Shown: positions 1-8,415 of the stretch, in pieces | Position numbering within the stretch: the stretch's first letter is position 1 | Layout of the letters: each line of letters opens with the position of its first letter | Assembly: GCA_026991575.1 (NCBI GenBank) | Contig: JALXBF010000152.1 | Span: 1 to 42,049 of the forward strand | Length of the DNA: 42,049 nucleotides | DNA from: Planctomycetota bacterium | Lineage (GTDB): Bacteria; Planctomycetota; Planctomycetia; JALXBF01 | Reading direction: 5' to 3' | Notes under the pieces: generated by a model | What the model saw: only the letters and a program-made list of their open reading frames with translations | Told to the model about the DNA's origin: nothing | Database searches by the model: none | Program-made: the position numbers and the translations under genes

Positions 1-710
1 CAGAATCGTGGCACGGGCGTGCCTTTGCGGGGCGGTGTGGCGGTGACAGCAAGCGTCTGGAAAGCGGATCGCTTGAATGGTCGGGCTGGGAAAGCCAGGC
101 AGCTGTCACCGTCCAGTGCCATCAGGGCACGATCAGGGGGTAGCTGAATCATGGTCTTGGATCTAACGGCGGTCCAGGTAGCAGCACCCTGCCTCTAGGC
201 CGTCGACGGTCGGTGCGTTACGGGTGTTGCGCCCACTCTGGTGGTCGGCCCTCCCTGTGGGTGCTAGCGAGCCGGTAGCGGATGGCCTCAACGTGCCGGT
301 GCCGTACTTCGCGGACCGGGCGGATGGGGGCTTCACGCTTCCCACTTGCAAGGGCGATTGAATAGTGCGGCGGGTCGAAAGGATTTGCTTTGGGCCGTAC
401 CGCGGGCGGGTTCGCCCGTGCCACGGCGCTGGCCACTGCCCTGGCGCGGTGGTCCATGCCGGCGGCGGCAGGATAAGAGATTCGACTCAAGAGGCTACCG
501 TGGCCGTTGTTCCATCAGTGTCCGGCCGGGGGGGCGTAAAGTACCTCTCCCCGTTCGAGGTACGCTGCTGCTTCGGTTCGTGTCCCCCTTGCCTGCCACC
601 AGTCCACGCCGGGCACTAGCCCGACGGATGACACGACGCGACGGCCGATGCACCGCCTCGGCTGGCAGGGATGCCGCGAGAACTGAGATGCACCGTGGAA
701 CGCCGGCTGG

Positions 711-739
711 TTGACGGGAGGGGTTGGAAGTGCTAAGAT
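711..739 (+). promoter_or_regulatory. sigma70-type promoter with extended -10
   Basis: TTGACG (711-716), 17-bp spacer, TG at 731-732, TAAGAT (734-739). Confidence 0.6.
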
Positions 740-777
740 CGGCGTTGCTTTGGGAGCACCAACCCCAGCCCCTTCTG

Positions 778-815
778 GCCGGGCCCGGCCCACCCCCGTC
801 GGGTCCGGCTTTTTT
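778..815 (+). terminator. Intrinsic terminator upstream of the hydrolase start codon
   Basis: 12-bp stem GCCGGGCCCGGC/GTCGGGTCCGGC (2 G-U pairs), 8-nt loop CCACCCCC, then T6 at 810-815. Confidence 0.7.
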
Positions 816-857
816 GCGGGTGGTCGTGGGGCACATGCCGACCAGGAGACCAATTCA

Positions 858-1922
858 ATGATCCTATGGCGTGCCGTAGCCATCGAGCTTGACGAACTTG
901 TCGCGTCGCTTGTAGCGCGTCAGTGCATCTGGCCGCGTGGCGGGCAGGTTCAGGACGACCAGCTGTTGGGCCTCGTGCCGTGGCCGCCTCCCGAGACGCT
1001 CGAGGCCTTCTACGGCCCGAGCCCCGCTCCCGTCAGTCTCACGGCGCTGAACGAACCACGCAGCGGCATCATCCCGGGGGTGCTCTACCGCGACTACTCC
1101 TTCCCGGGACAGATGGTCTCCTCCTTTGAAGAGGTGAATCGGGGAATTGTGCGCCGCTGGTATTCCCGACGGCCTGGAACCGGGCTCGTCGTGCTAATGC
1201 TGCCCGGCTTGGCCCAGTTCAACTTCTTCTGGTTTGATCGCATGGGCGAGACGCTGGCGGCTGCCGGGATCGAGGCCTGGATGATGGATGAACCGTACAA
1301 CTTCCGACGAACGCCGGCAGGAGCGCGGCCCAGCCAGTACATTGCCGGCGGGCCTCCCCGCCAACTCGTGGCAGCCTTTCGCTACGCCATCTGCGATGCC
1401 CGCGCCTTGATCGCAACGCTTCGACAGCACGCAGACCGGGTGATCGTGATAGGACAGAGCTACGGCGCGTGGCTCTCAACGATCCTTTGCCTGCTGGAGT
1501 CGGATATCTGTGTGTTTCCGGTAACGCCGATGGGTGACGTGGTGCGTTGGTACTACAGCCGCGGCAAGCTCGCGCGTTACGGCCGGCGTCGCGTAAAGCT
1601 ATCGGATCGCCGCGAACTCTGGCGGATTGCTCGACCGATCAATCCGGCCGCCTGGTCCGCACCGGCCCAGCCGGAGCGGATCCACTTTCACATCAGTCGC
1701 TACGACCGATTTCTCGATCCGCGCCTTGCCATCGATCTAGCCCACCGCTGGCACAGCCCGTACACGGAGCATCCCGACGGCCACGTTTCCATCTGGCTCG
1801 GCAAGCGGCTCAGGCAGCTGCTGCTTCGTCAGGTGCTGGAATGTTCTCGCCCGTTCCCCCCTGCGAGCGGCCAGCCCAGACCACAGCAGACCGCTGTCCA
1901 GGCAGATGCAGCGTATCGGTAG
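858..1922 (+). CDS. Alpha/beta hydrolase (DUF2048/ABHD18-like)
   Basis: Nucleophile elbow GQSYG, candidate triad Asp (YDRF) and His (DGH), PYNFRR motif. ATG at 858 follows an AGGAG RBS at 844-848 and is preferred over the TTG at 711. Confidence 0.75.
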   Translation: MILWRAVAIELDELVASLVARQCIWPRGGQVQDDQLLGLVPWPPPETLEAFYGPSPAPVSLTALNEPRSGIIPGVLYRDYSFPGQMVSSFEEVNRGIVRRWYSRRPGTGLVVLMLPGLAQFNFFWFDRMGETLAAAGIEAWMMDEPYNFRRTPAGARPSQYIAGGPPRQLVAAFRYAICDARALIATLRQHADRVIVIGQSYGAWLSTILCLLESDICVFPVTPMGDVVRWYYSRGKLARYGRRRVKLSDRRELWRIARPINPAAWSAPAQPERIHFHISRYDRFLDPRLAIDLAHRWHSPYTEHPDGHVSIWLGKRLRQLLLRQVLECSRPFPPASGQPRPQQTAVQADAAYR

Positions 1923-2159
1923 CGCAGACTGGCGGTGGCAGAGCCGATCCGGACACCGTTAATTGGCGGTGCCGCCCCACAACTTGCCCCCGTCCGTACC
2001 GCTATCGTCCAGATCGGGCAACAGCTTTGTATGCTCGTTTGTGCCGATCGGCCACTTCGCACGCGATCGGGATGATCATGCGCGGGAGCCATTTGCCGCC
2101 GATTACGCCTTCCGCGGCGTGTTCGTCCACCGGTCCCACGTCGTGATCGGCTGGATCGA

Positions 2160-3953
2160 TCAACACGCGTGCGGAGCAAGCACCGTGAGCTGTGGCGGGC
2201 TTGCCGGTACCAGGCGGAACTTTGGTTTCGGCGGTTCGCTGTACTTCTCGATCGGCCCGTGCCACAGATCCCACAGCCAATCACGCGCTGCGATCGCAGA
2301 GCGGACCAGGGCAGCAAGACCGTAGACCTGGTACACCATCTTCTCGTAGTAGCACTTGTCCCAGACACGAATGGCCGTTCGGATCAGGTTCAGCGGGTTG
2401 TAGAAAGTCGCGTACGCGGCAAACAGGTTCAGCTGCTTGCGCAGCGGTGATCTCTCTCCCGTAGCAATGCATCGGTTGCCGTCGTACATGTAGTCCTGGA
2501 CCGGCTTGCCATTGACCGAGCGGAACACAACACCGCTGCGGAACACGTCCTCGTAGCTCTTGCTGCCGACGCTGGGGATGAGAATCGTGATCTGGGCCGA
2601 TGCGGCCCCGACCTTACGGAGAAAATTCACCTGGTTGACGATGCCATAGAGGCTACCGCGCGTGTAAAGCGGTTGGCCATCGTGGTGCATCATCATCGCC
2701 ATGGGCGCAATGCCAAGGCGGTTCATCTCGCGGAACAGTTCCACCGTCTTTTCCGGACTCTGTCCTTTCTTGACCAGTTCGGCCGTCATGTCCTCGATGC
2801 CAAACCAGATAGCTCTCAGGCCTGCGTCGCGTGCTAGCGGTAGCAGATCGCGGTTCTTGTAGACGTCGAACTCGGTTGCCTCCGTCCCGAACCAGATTGC
2901 GTCGCGAAACCGGCGCCGGCCCACTCGGCCTCGAGCCATTGCCGTGAAGATCTCTTCGACAGCCATCCGGTTGTTGAAGAAGTTGTCGTCCGTGCCGAAG
3001 AAGGTCTCCAACCCGGTACGCTCAGCGATCACTCGGATCTCATCCACCAGCCTTTCCGGGCTCTTATACCGGAACGTGTACTGGTTGTAGGCGGGAATGG
3101 GGCAATAGGGACAGCGGAACTTGCAGCCGTGTGTGGTGACCAGCGCAACGAAGCGGCCGAACCGACGGAGTCGATCGAGCGGAATTGGCTTGCGGGCAAG
3201 ACCCGTCCCCTTGTGCGGTCGTTCCAACAGTGCGAGGCCAATGATCGGATGGGGATGTTCATCCAGGTCCTGCACCAGGCGTTGGACACCCGTGTCGTAC
3301 AGGAACTCAGGAGGCTGGCGATCGTCCGGCGGGTAGACCAGGCCGGGGATATCGTTAAGCAGCCCGGCGGCCCGGACCCGGCGGAATGCCTCCAGCATCG
3401 TCTCGCCGGCGGCCCGATGTGCCAGGATCCGCTCAATGAGCTGCAACAACACGAATTCCTCGCCCGTAACGACGACGTCTGCCCCGTAGCGGCCGCAGGG
3501 GCCGAGTCCGAACAGATCCCACGGCTCGTAGATCGCCTTCGGCCCACCTGCGATGATCAGCGGCCGCTCACTACCGAGCTGCCAGGCGTCGATGATCAGC
3601 CGATACGCCTCGGCGCTGTGGATCTGCATGGAGGAGACCAACAGCATCTGGGGCCGCTCACCGTCCAGCAGCGCCCGCGACGGGCGGAAGTTCGGCGTCC
3701 ACTCACCCAGCACCACTCGGATCTTCTCGAACCCTGCCGCCCACAGAGCTGCCGCCACGGCGCGCGGCCCAGCCGGAATCAGCATCCGATCCGTGAAGAG
3801 AAACGGGCCGATGCGCGTGCGCCAATCAAACGCGTAGGCGACGACAACAGGGATGTCTGTTGGACGGTAGAGGCGGCGAATCCTCCGCTCGAGCTCGCGG
3901 TATTCGCCAGGCTTTGTGTACACGTCCCCCGCTGGACGTCGGCGCAACTGCAT
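2160..3953 (-). CDS. B12-binding domain radical SAM protein
   Basis: CxxxCxxC motif (HGCKFRCPYC), N-terminal IIAGGP...VVTGEE cobalamin-domain motifs, DDNF, FGIE; GGAGG RBS. Confidence 0.85.
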   Translation of the reverse strand: MQLRRRPAGDVYTKPGEYRELERRIRRLYRPTDIPVVVAYAFDWRTRIGPFLFTDRMLIPAGPRAVAAALWAAGFEKIRVVLGEWTPNFRPSRALLDGERPQMLLVSSMQIHSAEAYRLIIDAWQLGSERPLIIAGGPKAIYEPWDLFGLGPCGRYGADVVVTGEEFVLLQLIERILAHRAAGETMLEAFRRVRAAGLLNDIPGLVYPPDDRQPPEFLYDTGVQRLVQDLDEHPHPIIGLALLERPHKGTGLARKPIPLDRLRRFGRFVALVTTHGCKFRCPYCPIPAYNQYTFRYKSPERLVDEIRVIAERTGLETFFGTDDNFFNNRMAVEEIFTAMARGRVGRRRFRDAIWFGTEATEFDVYKNRDLLPLARDAGLRAIWFGIEDMTAELVKKGQSPEKTVELFREMNRLGIAPMAMMMHHDGQPLYTRGSLYGIVNQVNFLRKVGAASAQITILIPSVGSKSYEDVFRSGVVFRSVNGKPVQDYMYDGNRCIATGERSPLRKQLNLFAAYATFYNPLNLIRTAIRVWDKCYYEKMVYQVYGLAALVRSAIAARDWLWDLWHGPIEKYSEPPKPKFRLVPASPPQLTVLAPHAC

Positions 3954-4300
3954 GCTCCACCTCCCGAATTGGCAAATCGGTGGTCAACGCGTTAGTGCGC
4001 CCGTTGGTACGTCTAGGCCGGTGCGACGATGCCTTCCGTTGCATCCGGCCAGTGCCGCTGCGGTGGTGGATCCGTGTGGCGTGCTCACCGGGATATTAAC
4101 GCCACTAGCATAGCAGTCTTCCGCAACACTGTCCACACCCCATGCGAGCAGCCCCGCCGTCAGCACTGCTGCGGCCACCAGCCCGCCACACGGGTGCGCG
4201 GCACGAAAAGTCGGCTACAATCGCTCGAACGCGCCCCTAGCCGTGGATAGGGCCGGGTGTCCGTTCAACCACATTCCTTTCCTGGCAAGAAACAGGCGGT

Positions 4301-6166
4301 GTGATGAGCTTCGAGGAATTGCTCCTGCTGTTGCTGTTCCTGTCCGGTTTGCTCGTCGCTCTGCTTGGCCCGGCAGCACTGATTCTTGCTGTGTGGACGC
4401 TGGTACGTGTGCGCCGCATCGAGCGGCAGCTTGCCCGCCTCGAAGCGGAACGTGTACCGCAAACAGGACAGCCTGTCCGGTCGGTCGCCGAATCAGGCCA
4501 GCCGCCTCAGCGTCTGGGCTGGTTCCGCCGGCGCTTACCGAAGCTGGGTTCCCTGCTGAACGTTTCCGAGCGCTACATCGGCCAGCGCATCTTGCCCTGG
4601 ATCGCTGTGCTCGCCCTACTCGTCGGCATTGCCTACTTGCTGCGACAAGCCATTCGGCTCGGGCTGCTCGGTCCCTTCGGCCAGTTTGCCATGGCCGTGG
4701 TCTTGGGAACGGCTCTATGGATCGCCGGCTGCATCGATCGGTGGCGCGGCCGCCGCCTGCGCGCTCAGTTTGTGCTGGCCGCCGGAGCTGTTGTCCTGTA
4801 CGTGGCCCTCTATGCGGGTTGCGGCTATTACCGGTTCTACCCAGTTCCTGTTGGGCTAGCGGCACTGACGGCCCTCTGGGCCCTCGCCCTGGCTCTAGCG
4901 GCGCTGATGAACAGCAGCTCCATGGCGTACCTGGCCACCGTCGGAGCGTTGCTCGTTCCGGTCCTGTTCCGATCGCCTGTTGACCAGTACAGCCTCTTCT
5001 TCTCGTACCTCGGTGTGATCGAAGCCGTGGTGGTCTTCACGGCAGTGTTTCGCCGCTGGCCGGGCCTGACAGTACTGGCCTTGGTCGGCGGCCATGTGGA
5101 CTACTGGTTGTGGCACACGGCGAACTACCATCCGGCAAAGGCCGGGGCGGTTCTTGTGTTGCACACCTTTCTGCTTTTCCTTTTCGCAGTGCGCAGTCTC
5201 GCCGGCGGTGTGGTCTGGTCCAGTCTGTTTGACGCCGAAGAGTATCCGCGTGCCGCCCTGGCGGTGGCTTTTTACTGCCTGGCAGTGCAAGATGCCATTG
5301 AGCCAACCGCTCTCCAGACAGCGGCGGTGTTAGTGCCGGGCTGCCTCTATGCTGGGGCCGGTTGGCTTGCGGCGCGGCTTCGCCCGAGATCGCCCGTACC
5401 CGCGGCGTGGCTGCCCGTCGTCCTCGGCTCGCTTGCCTGGGCGTGGGCGTTGCTGGCTCAAGCGCCCTGGCTTGCGCTGGGCTGGGCCGTTGTTGGTGCA
5501 ACCTCCTGGTGGCTCGGGGTAACTATCAGCGTTGGGCTGCTGCAGGCACTCGGCATCGGCTTCGCCGGAGCCGCCATCGTACGCCTCTTCGCAGTTGATA
5601 TCCACGCATCCCGGCCCTGGCCATACTGGCCACTGGTTCATCCCATCGATGCGGCCGGTTGGGCAGTGCCGGTTGTCTTGCTGGTGGGGGCGATCGCAGT
5701 CCGGCCGACCGTGGCCGAGCGCTCCCGGTACCAGCGGTTCCTGAATGGGCTTCTGGTTGCAATGGCGCTAGCGGCGCTGTGGGCGGGGTTGACAGCGGAG
5801 CTGCGCCGGTTTTTCTTCCGTTGGGCAGAGATGGCCGGCCGGGAAGACATCGAAGCCATTCATTGGGCCGCACAGGTCGCCACCTCGTCGCTGTGGGCCG
5901 CTTTCGCGACCGGCATGCTCTGGTCCGGATGGCGCTATCGCTCAGGCTCGCTTCGCTGGGCTGCGCTGGCACTGTATGCTGTGACGACAACGAAGGTATT
6001 CGTGTGGGACATGGCAGCGGTGGGGGAGCTGTACCGTGCGATGGCCGCCTTGGCTCTAGCCGCCCTGGTCGGGTGGGCGGCCTGGCGCTACCACATGCTG
6101 AGCAAGGGGTCCGCTCATCTGGACGCACCACGTACGGTGGAGGCTGCAAGAGCAGGTAATGGCTAG
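4301..6166 (+). CDS. DUF2339-like polytopic membrane protein
   Basis: Many hydrophobic helices; ERYIGQRILPW, LYAGCGYY, SSLWA and C-terminal KVFVWDM...LYR motifs typical of DUF2339. Confidence 0.75.
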   Translation: MMSFEELLLLLLFLSGLLVALLGPAALILAVWTLVRVRRIERQLARLEAERVPQTGQPVRSVAESGQPPQRLGWFRRRLPKLGSLLNVSERYIGQRILPWIAVLALLVGIAYLLRQAIRLGLLGPFGQFAMAVVLGTALWIAGCIDRWRGRRLRAQFVLAAGAVVLYVALYAGCGYYRFYPVPVGLAALTALWALALALAALMNSSSMAYLATVGALLVPVLFRSPVDQYSLFFSYLGVIEAVVVFTAVFRRWPGLTVLALVGGHVDYWLWHTANYHPAKAGAVLVLHTFLLFLFAVRSLAGGVVWSSLFDAEEYPRAALAVAFYCLAVQDAIEPTALQTAAVLVPGCLYAGAGWLAARLRPRSPVPAAWLPVVLGSLAWAWALLAQAPWLALGWAVVGATSWWLGVTISVGLLQALGIGFAGAAIVRLFAVDIHASRPWPYWPLVHPIDAAGWAVPVVLLVGAIAVRPTVAERSRYQRFLNGLLVAMALAALWAGLTAELRRFFFRWAEMAGREDIEAIHWAAQVATSSLWAAFATGMLWSGWRYRSGSLRWAALALYAVTTTKVFVWDMAAVGELYRAMAALALAALVGWAAWRYHMLSKGSAHLDAPRTVEAARAGNG

Positions 6167-7496
6167 GCAATTGTTCCATCGCGCAGTCGCTTGGCTGGCA
6201 CTGGCCGCCGCGCTGCTGGTTACGACCGGTGGCGCCGAACCGACCGCGCAACAGGCAAGCCCGCCGGCGGAGGCGCTATCCCGCTGGCGCTATGTGAAGC
6301 AGATTCACGTGCCGGCGGGCGCGAGTAGGTACGTGGCCTTTCTGGTCGACGAAGAGCTCTTCACTCATGCCCGCCCTGACCTGGGTGACCTCCGGATTTT
6401 TGCGGCCTCAGGTCGCGAGGTCCCCTACGCCTTGCGCGTGCTCCGAGAACGTAGGGACGTCATGCGGCTGCTCGGCGAAATCGTCAACCGAGGAACGACC
6501 GAAGAGGGTGCGCGTCGCGTGGATGTGCGTTTGTCTGATCCGGCCACGGTCCACAGCGAGCTTGCACTGGACCTTGGCGGTGGCACGTTTCGCCGCCGCG
6601 TGATCGTCTCCGGCAGCGATGACGGTACCGACTGGGTCAAACTGGCCGAAAGCTGGGTTTACCAGATACCCGACATAGGATTCACGCGGCTGACCGTGCG
6701 GTACCCACGTAGTACTTTTCGTTGGCTACGGGTTGAAGTCCATCCGGACCCGATTTTCGACAAAGAACCGCCTCCGATCCGGGGTGTCGCCGTGCGCTAT
6801 CGCCGGGAAGTACCGGGGCGCTATGTGGTCTACCGTGCGGAAGTGAGCGATCGGCAGCCGACCCGAGCGGAGGGGCAATTCGCCTCGGCCTGGGTGGTGC
6901 GTCTGAAAGGTAGGAACATCCCCGTCAACGGTGTGGAACTGGATGCGGCGGATCGTGACTTTGTGCGCGACGTGATCGTCTACGGCTCCAATGATCCTGA
7001 GCTGACTGACGGTTGGAAAACGTTGGCTTCCAGTCGGTGGCGACGGAAGCTCACACAGAAGCCTGCACCGCTACGAATCAGTTTGGGAGAAACCCGGTTG
7101 GCGTTGCTGCGCGTCGTCATCATCGACCATCGAAACCCGCCGTTGACGCTGACGAGGGTTCAAGTGCACGGCCCGGCCCACCAAGTCGTGATGCCGGCGG
7201 CAGATGTTGAACCGTCGATGCGGGTGTTCTTTGGCAATGCCTCGGCCCTGCCTCCCCGCTACGACTTCGCGTTTAATCTGCCCGACCGCCTTGATCCGCC
7301 TCCTCGTCACGCGAAGCTCGGGCCCCTCCAGCCCAACCCAACGTACACCCCCCCGCTGACCGAACTGCCCGAGCGCTATCCGTGGCTGCCCTATGCGGTG
7401 TTGGCCCTGCCCACCGTCGTGCTGCTCACCACGCTTATCGACACCGTGCGCCGATTGCTGGCTGCCGAACGCCGTAGAGCCCACGATAGAGAATGA
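6159..7496 (+). CDS. DUF3999-like exported protein with C-terminal membrane anchor
   Basis: Signal peptide, WRY, ARPDLGDLRI...EVPY, GSDDGxxW, DHRNPPL, PRYD and a C-terminal TM helix; overlaps the upstream gene by 8 nt. Confidence 0.7.
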   Translation: MARQLFHRAVAWLALAAALLVTTGGAEPTAQQASPPAEALSRWRYVKQIHVPAGASRYVAFLVDEELFTHARPDLGDLRIFAASGREVPYALRVLRERRDVMRLLGEIVNRGTTEEGARRVDVRLSDPATVHSELALDLGGGTFRRRVIVSGSDDGTDWVKLAESWVYQIPDIGFTRLTVRYPRSTFRWLRVEVHPDPIFDKEPPPIRGVAVRYRREVPGRYVVYRAEVSDRQPTRAEGQFASAWVVRLKGRNIPVNGVELDAADRDFVRDVIVYGSNDPELTDGWKTLASSRWRRKLTQKPAPLRISLGETRLALLRVVIIDHRNPPLTLTRVQVHGPAHQVVMPAADVEPSMRVFFGNASALPPRYDFAFNLPDRLDPPPRHAKLGPLQPNPTYTPPLTELPERYPWLPYAVLALPTVVLLTTLIDTVRRLLAAERRRAHDRE

Positions 7497-7615
7497 CGCA
7501 ACCGCGGCCACTACGTGGTTTCCCGGCTAGACCGCCGCAGATTCCGGGGCTTGCCTTTCGTGTGTCCCGTGGTGATGCTTGCCCATCCTCACGCGTTTGT
7601 GTTTCGCTGTCGTCA

Positions 7616-8385
7616 TCACTGCCAAGGGGCTGTTTCGGTGGGCAGGATCGGAAACGAAATGTACCCGAGGGGACATTCACGGTAGCAGCCCCCGTTGGTG
7701 GCGGGCCGATAGGACGCCCGTGTTAGGGGGGCCTGGCCAAAGACCTGCCTCCTTTCGTAATCGCCCCCTTCGCCCGGAACCGTCACCGTGGCACCGCAAT
7801 ACGGCGGTACCGCTAGCTGCAGTGCGAAGCTGCCGTTTTCTGCCCGCCAGCCGAGATGGATCGGCCTACGGACGCTGCGGGACTCGGCTTCGATCCACTC
7901 GATCCGCGCACCGGGCGCCGGGACAACGCAGAAGTGCTGCCATCCTGGGCTGGGCGGATCCGGGTTCAGTCCAACCAACGTTCCCGGAACCCATTGGGGC
8001 ACCGAGCCGAATGCCCGGTGTGGTTGAATGGGTTTATGCGCGGACTCCGGATACCGCGCCTGGCGAGGTAACCGTTCCACTGTTCCCAGATGGTCGTTGC
8101 ATCTCGGGCAAGCATGGGGAACCAGGAGGGGGATGATGCCGCATGAGTGGCCACGAGGCCGGTTGATGTGTGCCTCGCCGGATCAATTCCAGCATCAGTC
8201 GATGAGTCGTCTGGCCCCCAGTGGACAGCCGGCCGCCGTGGCGCTCGATTGCGACCAGGAGGTGCTGGACGGCGTTCGGCTCAAGCACCGCGGGCAGCAG
8301 CTTGAACCGGAGCGCTAGGCATTGCCGGCCTGCGTGTGCCCCTTCAGTGCGCGAGGCCGTGACGCCTGGAGCGGTCACCAGGGCC
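7616..8385 (-). pseudogene. Truncated, frameshifted GH78 alpha-L-rhamnosidase remnant (C-terminal part)
   Basis: Three consecutive frames give LALRFKLLP...GRLSTGGQTTHRLMLEL, then PSWFPMLARDATTIWEQWNG...INPFNH, then AFGSVPQW...PGWQHFCVVP...WIEAESRSVR...LAVPPYCGATVTVP. Frameshifts near 8135 and 8019; boundaries approximate. Confidence 0.8.
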
Positions 8386-8415
8386 CAAGCTGTGCGGCCC
8401 GGCAAACGGGCTAGC

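Noticed and set aside
9..22. TGGCACG...TGC resembling a sigma54 promoter
   Set aside because: GG to GC spacing is 9 nt, not the required 10.
1..152. Minus-strand open frame from ATG 152 running off the window edge (MIQLPPDRALMALD...)
   Set aside because: No RBS and no recognisable motif; cannot be supported from the 50 codons visible.
467..601. tmRNA or tRNA call
   Set aside because: Too short for tmRNA, no G3-U70 pair or tag ORF, and the T-stem does not form; kept only as a weak structured-RNA candidate.
836..852. CCAGGAGACC resembling the cobalamin riboswitch B12 box
   Set aside because: Other core riboswitch elements are missing; the sequence is explained by the RBS.
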